A stretch of DNA of 32,000 nucleotides from Crocosphaera subtropica ATCC 51142 (lineage in GTDB: Bacteria > Cyanobacteriota > Cyanobacteriia > Cyanobacteriales > Microcystaceae): contig NC_010546.1 of the NCBI RefSeq assembly GCF_000017845.1, forward strand, positions 120,001 to 152,000, read 5' to 3'. The notes under the pieces are model-generated. The model was not told the origin of the DNA. It made no database searches and saw only the letters and a list, made by a program, of their open reading frames with translations. Positions 9,512 through 16,639 of the stretch are shown here, piece by piece; position 1 is the first letter of the stretch, and each line of letters starts with the position of its first letter. Made by a program: the position numbers and the translations under genes.

Positions 9512-10189
9512 CTATAGTCTTTTTCTTTGATATTCAATTAATGCTTGTTTAATAGAGAGATTATTAGGATCACTGTAAGGAATACGGGTTATTTCTTCAT
9601 AACCATATTCATGAAATTGTGATAATTCTCCGTCAGAAACCGGCCAAGGGGGACCATCTGGAGTGTCTTCTGTGTCTCGAAGACGAGTTACAACTAATAG
9701 GGTTCCTTTTGGTTTCAATAATGTTGCGATCGCTTCTATAACTTCTCTTCTAATACTGGTAGGTAATGCTTGAATCGTTCGGGACTCAAAGATAAGATCA
9801 AAGCTATTTTTCCAGCTATCATCTAATTTTAATAAATCAGCAACTAAGTAATTAACAGAACTATCATTAAACCTTTTTTTACACCATTCTATAGATGAGG
9901 GTGCAATATCAAAAGCGGTTACATTAGCCCCTTTTTTTGCTAAAAATTCACTATCATCTCCCAAACCACAACCGATAACTAAAGCTTTTTTATTGCTTAT
10001 ATTTTTCGTTTTTAACCAGTTTTCTAAACAAGTATGAGGCTGCATTTTTGCCCAAGGAATTTCTTGTGGGTGTTCTAATGCGTCGCTATAAACCTTCTCA
10101 AACCATCCCGTAAAATCATCTTTTTTTTGATACTCTAGGGCTAAATCTTGAACTTTTTGACGCAATTTATTTAGTTTTTCTTCATTCAT
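9512..10189 (-). CDS. SAM-dependent methyltransferase, TPMT / halide-thiol methyltransferase-like
   Basis: PW...P, then motif I ALVIGCGLGDDSEFLAKKGANVTAFDI, then the TPMT-like DGPPWPVS. No DNA-methyltransferase motifs (no DPPY/NPPY, no PCQ/ENV). Confidence 0.8.
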   Translation of the reverse strand: MNEEKLNKLRQKVQDLALEYQKKDDFTGWFEKVYSDALEHPQEIPWAKMQPHTCLENWLKTKNISNKKALVIGCGLGDDSEFLAKKGANVTAFDIAPSSIEWCKKRFNDSSVNYLVADLLKLDDSWKNSFDLIFESRTIQALPTSIRREVIEAIATLLKPKGTLLVVTRLRDTEDTPDGPPWPVSDGELSQFHEYGYEEITRIPYSDPNNLSIKQALIEYQRKRL

Positions 10190-10290
10190 AATTATTAATA
10201 ACTAAGCTAAGTAAGTTACTGTAGGGTAGGCAAAAAATAGAAAGATTTTCAGAGAGTTTAAAGTAGGGTTTTACTTTACTCACCTTACTA

Positions 10291-11271
10291 TCATAAATCA
10301 TAACGTCTAAATTCTAAATCCGACTTTACCCATTGTCTTATCGCTTTAGTCACTTGAACATCAAGGGGACGTTTCATAGCGGTGATAAAATCTTCGTCGG
10401 GGTTTCCTAGTCGTCGGAAACTATGATCTAACCCTGGAAAAATATGAGTGGTTACTTGACTATTTCCTGCTTGTTTTAATGCTTCTTCTGCTAATAATGC
10501 CTCTGTATAGGGTGTATTATGATCAAGTTCTCCATGTAATAATAAAACAGGACATTTTATTTCAGAAATAAATTCATAAGGTGGATGGTCATAATGTTGT
10601 TTCCAGAGAGGAAGATAAAAGTCTTTTGACCAAGTTTCATCCCCTAATTTAAAATTAGTTTCTCCTTGTTTTATTTTGTTCCATAATTCATCAGTTTGTG
10701 CATAAACCCAATACATTAAAGGAAAGGTGTTCTTGAAATTTTCAATGGCACCTTGTTCTAATTTCCAAAAATTATCCCGTTGCCAAAACAAGATATCTTC
10801 TAGGTTACGATAAACACCTCCTTGCCAAATATAAAAGGCTAAATTTAAGTTTTCACTAGCTAACATTAAAGCAATAACTGCCCCTTCACTTTGTCCTAAA
10901 ATACCAATTCTATTATTATCAACTTCAGGCAAAGTTTTTAACCATTTTATGGCTTCTCTAGCATCATTAACTAAGTCAGATAAATCAACTGTGTCACAAT
11001 TTCCTTCACTTTCTCCGCACCCTCTTTTATCATATCGAAAAGTAGCATAACCCAATCCTTCAAACAATTTTGCTTCATCTTTAAACAAATTTCTTTCAGG
11101 TAAGGTAACAGGAAACCAGTCTTTTTTTGAATTATCTAAATTACCGTCACGAGTTTGAGGAAAAGAACCACCAATAAATAAGCAAACAGGGGGATTATTG
11201 ACTTCATCAGGTAAGGTTAATGTTCCTTCTATTTTAGTTTTTTTTGAGATGAAATAGGTATATTTTTCCAT
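10291..11271 (-). CDS. Alpha/beta hydrolase (S9 / dienelactone-hydrolase-like)
   Basis: Nucleophile elbow GQSEGA, LLLHGELDHNTP, and GLDHSF (His). Confidence 0.8.
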   Translation of the reverse strand: MEKYTYFISKKTKIEGTLTLPDEVNNPPVCLFIGGSFPQTRDGNLDNSKKDWFPVTLPERNLFKDEAKLFEGLGYATFRYDKRGCGESEGNCDTVDLSDLVNDAREAIKWLKTLPEVDNNRIGILGQSEGAVIALMLASENLNLAFYIWQGGVYRNLEDILFWQRDNFWKLEQGAIENFKNTFPLMYWVYAQTDELWNKIKQGETNFKLGDETWSKDFYLPLWKQHYDHPPYEFISEIKCPVLLLHGELDHNTPYTEALLAEEALKQAGNSQVTTHIFPGLDHSFRRLGNPDEDFITAMKRPLDVQVTKAIRQWVKSDLEFRRYDL

Positions 11272-11292
11272 TATTTTATCAAAATGATATTA

Positions 11293-11580
11293 TCAAATCT
11301 CACTTAAATCTAAAACAAACCCAGGTAAAATATTTTCTCCTGATAAGGTTTGAGGGTGATTTAAAATTTTTAGTTCATAACCTAATCTATATATTTCTAC
11401 TGTTTCCATTTGTTGTGTCAAACGACGATTTTTTCTCCCTGCTTCTCCACCGGTGGGACTCATAATAATTAATTCTCCCTTTTTAGTTAACTCCATTCTT
11501 ACTAATTGTTCGGCAGAGGCAAGCTGATCGAATTGTTCTGGAGTTACTTTAAATCCTTTAGGAATCGTAATGGTTTCCAT
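11293..11580 (-). CDS. Uma2-family remnant lacking the nuclease core (mini-Uma2 or pseudogene)
   Basis: The 95-aa ORF keeps the Uma2 N-terminal block (ELTKKGELIIMSPTGGEAGRKNRRLTQQ) and the C-terminal block (VEIYRL...LSGENILPGFVLDLSEI). The roughly 90-100 residues carrying the PD...E.K core are absent, and the frame is still open. Confidence 0.6.
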   Translation of the reverse strand: METITIPKGFKVTPEQFDQLASAEQLVRMELTKKGELIIMSPTGGEAGRKNRRLTQQMETVEIYRLGYELKILNHPQTLSGENILPGFVLDLSEI

Positions 11581-11696
11581 TTATTTAGTAATAATTATTA
11601 TTTGAAATTACTATTTTACTATTTTGCTTTTTATTATATAATATTTAACAACTCTAAACAAACCCGATCTCTAAATCCCTTATTGTTACCCATCTT

Positions 11697-14273
11697 ATGA
11701 CTCTGAAACATTTTGATAGCGAAAATAATAACCGTAAATTTGAATTACCTGGTGCTAAACCCCATTATAATCCCGATCGCTACGGACAAGTTAATCATAT
11801 TTTCCTCGATCTTACCTTAGATATTCCTCATCAAAGCTTTACAGGAACTTGCGCTATTACGTTAACCCCTGTCCGTTCGGGTATTAATCAATTAATATTA
11901 GATGCGGTTGATTTAAACATCAATTCTGTTTTCATCAATAAAGTCAGTCAACCTTTTGATTATGACAAAGAAAAATTAACAATCAACCTTCTACAACCTA
12001 CCCAAGAAAATCCTATTACCATTATCATAAATTATGGAGTAGAGAACCCTCAAAGGGGACTCTATTTTATCGCCCCAAATGAACATTATCCCGATAAACC
12101 TACCCAAGTTTGGACACAAGGAGAAGATGAAGATTCACGGTTTTGGTTCCCTTGTTTTGACTATCCAGGACAGTTAGCAACCTCAGAAATTAAAGTTAAA
12201 GTTCCTAATAATTTTATGGCTATATCTAACGGGGAATTAATTAATCAAGAAACTGTTGGAGAAGAAACAATTTATCATTGGTCACAAAAACAGATTCATC
12301 CTACTTATTTAATGACCTTAGCAGTGGGAGAATTTAGTGAAATTAAAGACCAATGGAAGGGAATACCTGTTAATTATTATGTCGAAAAAGGTAAAGAAGA
12401 AGAAGCCAACTTAAGCATGGGAAAAACTCCCCAAATGATTGACTATTTTTCCTCAAAATTTGGCTATGATTATCCTTACCCTAAATATACCCAGGTTTGT
12501 GTTAATGACTTCATCTTTGGAGGGATGGAAAATACCTCAACCACCCTATTAACCGACCGCTGTTTACTCGATGAAAAAGCCCTTAATGATCGACCGTTTA
12601 CTGAAAGTTTAGTCGCCCATGAATTAGCCCATCAATGGTTTGGTGATTTAGTAGTTATTAAACATTGGTCACACGCTTGGATTAAAGAAGGAATGGCTTC
12701 CTATTCAGAGGTTTTATGGACAGAACATGAATACGGAAAAGATGACGCTGCTTACTATTTATTAAACGAAGCAAGAAGTTATTTAGAAGAAGATTCTTCC
12801 CGTTATCGTCGTCCTATTGTGACTAATATTTATCGAGAAGCCATTGAATTATACGATCGCCATTTATACGAAAAAGGGGCTTGTGTTTATCACATGATTC
12901 GGGGGATTTTAGGAGATGAATTATTTGATAAAGCTATTCATAGGTTTGTTAATGAAAATGCTCACAAAACCGTAGAAACTATTGATTTATTAAGAGCAAT
13001 AGAAACATCAACCGGCTATAATCTGTTATTCCTTTTCGATCAATATGTATTCCGAGGAGGACACCCAGACTATAAAATAAATTACAGTTGGGATAATGAT
13101 AATAACTTAGCTAAATTAACCATTACTCAAACCCAAGTTACAGAAGAGGAAGGTAATAGTAAAGATAGTTTTGATCTGAAAATTCCCATCGGGTTTGGCT
13201 ATAAAAATTCAGCCATGAAAACCTTTACCTTGCGTATTCATGAGAAACAACAAAGTTTTTATTTTCCCTTAGAGAGTAAACCCGACTATATCAGCTTTGA
13301 TGTTAATAACTATTTCTTGAAAACCGTAGAATTAGACTATCCCATTGCCGAATTAAAAGCCCAACTAAGCCATGATCCCGATCCTATTTCTCGTACCTAT
13401 GCAGCCATTGCTATTGGCAAAAAAGGCAACTTAGAAGCCATTAAAAGTTTAGAAGAAGCCTTAATAAAAGACTCCTTTTGGGGAGTTAGATTAGAAGCGG
13501 CTAAACAGTTAGGAAAAATTTCCTTAGATCAAGCAGGAGAAGCATTACAAAAAGGGTTATCAGATGATAATGCAAAAGTCCGACGGGCGGTTATTGAAAG
13601 CTTAGGGAATATCAAAAATAATTACTGTTATGAAACCTTAAAAACTTGCCTAGAAACTGAAAACACAAGCTACTATTGTGAAGCGGCGATCGCCAGAAGT
13701 TTAGGGTCAATTTTATCAGGGAATTTAAAAGAGAAAACCCCAGAAGTTATAGACTTATTAAAAAATATCTTAGAAACTCGTTCAGGATGGAATGAAGTGG
13801 TAAGGTCAGGGGCAATTGGTGGGTTAAGTCAACTCAAAACGAACCCTGATGCGGTGGACGTGATTTTCGAATATACAAAATTAGGAATTCCTCAAGCGTT
13901 ACGTTTAGCAGCTATTCGTGCATTGGGAAGTATTTCTACAGGCCAAACCCCCAATAAACTAGAAGAAATCTTAGAGATTTTAGAAGCCATTTCTCAAGAA
14001 ACTTTCTTCTTAACTCAGGTGGCTGCTACCATAGCCTTAGGACAAATGGAAACCCCGAAAGCGGTGACTATTTTACAAGGGTTAGCCGATAGAACCCCTG
14101 ATGGACGAGTTAAAAGAAAAGCCGAAGAAGCTATCAAAAAAGTCCAGAAAAAATTAGGTTCAGATAAAGGAATGCAATCCCTCAGAGATGAACTAGAAAA
14201 ACTGAAACAAGAAAATCAAGACTTACAAAGTCGGATCGCTAATTTAGAAGCTAAAAATGGTCAAGCAAAATAG
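11697..14273 (+). CDS. pepN: M1 family aminopeptidase (aminopeptidase N-like) with C-terminal HEAT/PBS-lyase-type repeats and coiled-coil tail
   Basis: GGMENTS exopeptidase motif and HELAHQWFGD...WIKEGMASY zinc site. The C-terminal third has repeated ...VR..A...LG.I... HEAT-like units and ends in LRDELEKLKQENQDLQSRIANLEAK. Confidence 0.9.
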   Translation: MTLKHFDSENNNRKFELPGAKPHYNPDRYGQVNHIFLDLTLDIPHQSFTGTCAITLTPVRSGINQLILDAVDLNINSVFINKVSQPFDYDKEKLTINLLQPTQENPITIIINYGVENPQRGLYFIAPNEHYPDKPTQVWTQGEDEDSRFWFPCFDYPGQLATSEIKVKVPNNFMAISNGELINQETVGEETIYHWSQKQIHPTYLMTLAVGEFSEIKDQWKGIPVNYYVEKGKEEEANLSMGKTPQMIDYFSSKFGYDYPYPKYTQVCVNDFIFGGMENTSTTLLTDRCLLDEKALNDRPFTESLVAHELAHQWFGDLVVIKHWSHAWIKEGMASYSEVLWTEHEYGKDDAAYYLLNEARSYLEEDSSRYRRPIVTNIYREAIELYDRHLYEKGACVYHMIRGILGDELFDKAIHRFVNENAHKTVETIDLLRAIETSTGYNLLFLFDQYVFRGGHPDYKINYSWDNDNNLAKLTITQTQVTEEEGNSKDSFDLKIPIGFGYKNSAMKTFTLRIHEKQQSFYFPLESKPDYISFDVNNYFLKTVELDYPIAELKAQLSHDPDPISRTYAAIAIGKKGNLEAIKSLEEALIKDSFWGVRLEAAKQLGKISLDQAGEALQKGLSDDNAKVRRAVIESLGNIKNNYCYETLKTCLETENTSYYCEAAIARSLGSILSGNLKEKTPEVIDLLKNILETRSGWNEVVRSGAIGGLSQLKTNPDAVDVIFEYTKLGIPQALRLAAIRALGSISTGQTPNKLEEILEILEAISQETFFLTQVAATIALGQMETPKAVTILQGLADRTPDGRVKRKAEEAIKKVQKKLGSDKGMQSLRDELEKLKQENQDLQSRIANLEAKNGQAK

Positions 14274-15085
14274 TCAAAGTTATTTAGACTACCAAAATTT
14301 AGCATAAATGTAAGGAAGGTAACAGTGAAACTATTCTGTCTTTCCTTTCCTCTAAATCAGTAAAACCTTGGCTTCTGAATTTAATAAAAGGTAACAATCC
14401 TTTTTCTAGTAAACCTCTAAGGATAAAGATACTTTTCCCCTCGATTCTATACCTTTATTCCTAAACAGTATCTTTTGCTACACTAAAAAATAATAAAGAT
14501 GTCAACATTGTGACAAAGCGAGTTTAGTTTCTGACTTAAACCTTTGCTACTTAAGACAGTGAACATCCAAAAAAGACCCCAAGCTCATTAAGAGATAATA
14601 TGGCAATAATCTTAGGATTTGGCTGAATTTTTTGAGACAGTACGGAGATTAGCTTCAAAAAAAATGCCAAATTCTACTTAACTCTTAATGAAACTGAGGA
14701 CTGACAAACACTATAGAGGTTTATAAAGATGAATATTCCATTGATTACTCATCAAGGCTGGTTGTTGGAAGCAACGAGCCGTAAAACCGCCGTAAATTGT
14801 TTGATTTAAGACTACTCTCACAATATAGAAAAAATCTGATGATGTTGGTATCAAATGTCACTATTTAAGAGGCATTCTGATTAAACTTACTTGAAGAATT
14901 ATTTCAAGGTGTCAATAAAAGTAAATTCCCTATGTTTCTCATAGAGATTAACTCAAAATAGAATCTCACACAATTAAAGAATCATAAACTTTTTTCTTGA
15001 AAACGCCTGTCTCAATACTGATTCAAACTTCTGCTCAAAGAAGTGTCGTAGATACGTTCGACTTCTAACCCTCATTTAAGGAACA

Positions 15086-15391
15086 ATGTTTGCCATGAAA
15101 TCTACCTATTCCCTGAAATTATATATTGCTAGTAATACGGTTAATTCCCAACTAGCTATGAATACGCTTACTGAAATTTGTCATGAGGATCTTAACGATG
15201 ATTGCCACATAGAAATTATTGATATTTTAGATAACTTTGAAAAAGCTGAAACTGAAAAAATTGTTGCTATTCCTACATTACTATTACAGTCAGCTTATTC
15301 GTCTCAAAAAAGGCTTGTTGGTAATTTATCTAATCGAGAACAAGTTTTGCAAGAAATTAAAATGTTGCAAAAGAATGCAGTTTATAATTAG
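15086..15391 (+). CDS. kaiB: KaiB-like thioredoxin-fold protein (divergent, stand-alone paralogue)
   Basis: YSLKLYIASNTVNS, AIPTLL and VGNLSNREQVL align with the KaiB blocks YxLKLYVAGxTPxS, ATPTL and IGDLSDREKVL as recalled. AAGGAA precedes ATG 15086. ATG 15095 (MKSTYSLKLY) is an equally plausible start. Confidence 0.85.
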   Translation: MFAMKSTYSLKLYIASNTVNSQLAMNTLTEICHEDLNDDCHIEIIDILDNFEKAETEKIVAIPTLLLQSAYSSQKRLVGNLSNREQVLQEIKMLQKNAVYN

Positions 15392-15396
15392 TCACC

Positions 15397-15419
15397 TGTC
15401 AATAACCCTTTGATTGACA
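15397..15419 (+). terminator. Hairpin just after the KaiB-like stop (possible terminator, no U-tract)
   Basis: TGTCAAT (15397-15403) and ATTGACA (15413-15419) pair with a 9-nt loop, 6 nt after the stop codon. No T-run follows. Confidence 0.3.
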
Positions 15420-15590
15420 CTGAACATATATACTAGCGAGGAGGGATAGGAAAGGAAAATTTCCATAAGGATTTTTTCTCATATTCCTCTTGTCTCCTAG
15501 TCTCATACTAGATCCGCTTTAGACAACTGAGTCTTCCTGGTACAAGAGAAGTCTCCAAGGATTAAAAAATTATGTAGTGAGGAATTTGTA

Positions 15591-15599
15591 TGATATAAT
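15591..15599 (+). promoter_or_regulatory. Candidate extended -10 element TGATATAAT for the RRM gene
   Basis: TGnTATAAT match read directly, 132 nt upstream of ATG 15731. No convincing -35. A second TATAAT lies at 15641-15646. Confidence 0.3.
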
Positions 15600-15730
15600 T
15601 ATAGACGAGCATTGTAAATCGGTTCAAAGAGTTAAGTGAATATAATTGACTGGTATTCCTGTTAAGTATCGATAGCATTCTCTCCGAAATCTCAATCTCC
15701 ACAAGTTCATTCAAAATAGAGACAAATTTT

Positions 15731-15976
15731 ATGTCAATTTATGTAGGAAACCTCGCTTACGAGGTAACAGATGCAGACCTTAACACAGTATTTTCTGATT
15801 ATGGTTCTGTTAAGCGCATTCATATCCCTACAGACCGTGAAACGGGTCGTCCCAGAGGTTTTGCTTTTGTGGAAATGGATACAGAAGAAGAAGAAAGTAA
15901 AGCCATTGATACCTTAGATGGTGCAGAATGGATGGGACGTTCTATGAAAGTTAACCAAGCTCGTCCCCGTAACTAA
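15731..15976 (+). CDS. Short RRM-type RNA-binding protein (cyanobacterial Rbp without Gly-rich tail)
   Basis: RNP2 IYVGNL and RNP1 RGFAFVEM. It is 81 aa and ends right after the RRM. Confidence 0.95.
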   Translation: MSIYVGNLAYEVTDADLNTVFSDYGSVKRIHIPTDRETGRPRGFAFVEMDTEEEESKAIDTLDGAEWMGRSMKVNQARPRN

Positions 15977-16030
15977 TTAGTTAGAGCAATAGCTTCTAGA
16001 ACAAAGAGAAGTTATTAAATTAAACAAGAC

Positions 16031-16065
16031 AAAAAGCACTTTTTTACCCAGAAGGTGCTTTTTTC
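16031..16065 (+). terminator. Rho-independent terminator after the RRM gene
   Basis: AAAAGCAC (16032-16039) pairs with GTGCTTTT (16055-16062), and the T-run continues to 16064. Confidence 0.75.
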
Positions 16066-16286
16066 ATTACAGCAGTTTTCCTATCAATAGACTAAGGATT
16101 AAAATAAAAATTTTCCCCACACTCAACTTAACAAAAATATTGATACACCCAATTGAAAACCACTACTATACCTGGCTTTCTTGCTGATTATTAGCAAACT
16201 GGGTAAGGATTATATTATATAATAAGAATGAAACCTCAAGATTAATATGAGTTTCTGACAATTTGTTAACTATTTAAGGAATAATC

Positions 16287-16580
16287 ATGGCTAAAGAGAA
16301 AGTTATTGAATTTTTAGGTGAGGCTGCTAAAAATCAAGACCTCAAAGAAAAATTACAAACCGTCAAAAACCCCGATGAATTAACCTCATTAGCGAAAGAA
16401 AAAGGGTTTGAATTTTCATCAGAAAATGTCGATGAAGCGTTGGAGGAATTAAAGCAACAGCCCGGATTTTTTGGTAAATTAGCAGAAGCGATCGCCGAAG
16501 CATTTAGTCCCCCTCATGATAATGTTCCCCCTTCCATCGGCGCACAACCCTATAGTGGTGATTCTAACCCGAATTCATGA
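16287..16580 (+). CDS. Nif11-domain protein (Nif11-like leader-type N-terminus, Pro-rich Cys-free tail)
   Basis: MAKEKVIEFLGEAAKNQDLKEKLQTVKNPDELTSLAKEKGFEFSSENV follows the Nif11 pattern (L..FL....d..L...L......eel..lAke.GfefS). AAGGAA RBS before the ATG. Confidence 0.75.
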   Translation: MAKEKVIEFLGEAAKNQDLKEKLQTVKNPDELTSLAKEKGFEFSSENVDEALEELKQQPGFFGKLAEAIAEAFSPPHDNVPPSIGAQPYSGDSNPNS

Positions 16581-16639
16581 TCAATTCCTTGCACAAGGGA
16601 CAACAGAGAATGGGCAACAACAAAATAAGGAATGATTGG

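Noticed and set aside
8864-10189. Uma2 endonuclease-fold gene plus adjacent methyltransferase as a restriction-modification pair
   Set aside because: The methyltransferase has TPMT-like small-molecule features (PW...P, GCGLGDD, GPPWPVS). It has none of the DNA-methyltransferase catalytic motifs (DPPY/NPPY, PCQ...ENV) and no target-recognition domain. Uma2 genes are multi-copy in cyanobacteria without partner methylases.
14312-14350. Imperfect hairpin AAGGAAGGTAACAG...CTGTCTTTCCTTTCC as the pepN terminator
   Set aside because: The stem is interrupted by an internal loop and relies on G-U pairs, and no U-tract follows. It is too weak to annotate.
14729-14809. 26-codon ORF MNIPLITHQGWLLEATSRKTAVNCLI in the 812-nt spacer
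   Set aside because: No RBS, no recognisable family, and in-frame stops on both sides. The GC-rich part is better explained by the hairpin and direct repeat noted in the findings. It cannot be excluded without comparative data.
14961-14975. CTCACAC in the ORF-free tract as a Yfr1-type sRNA motif
   Set aside because: Only 7 nt of the roughly 11-nt conserved Yfr1 box match, and there are no flanking GC-rich stem-loops or terminator.
15054-15086. CGTTC ... GGAAC flanking the KaiB-like RBS as a glutamine (glnA / Downstream-peptide) riboswitch
   Set aside because: Only a 4-bp GTTC/GAAC pairing is possible. The conserved internal core I remember (GGAAGUAGG-type E-loop) is absent.
16287-16580. Nif11-leader protein as a lanthipeptide/prochlorosin precursor
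   Set aside because: There is no Cys in the tail, no GG cleavage motif, and no LanM, cyclodehydratase or C39-ABC exporter within the window. It is kept only as an open question in the findings.
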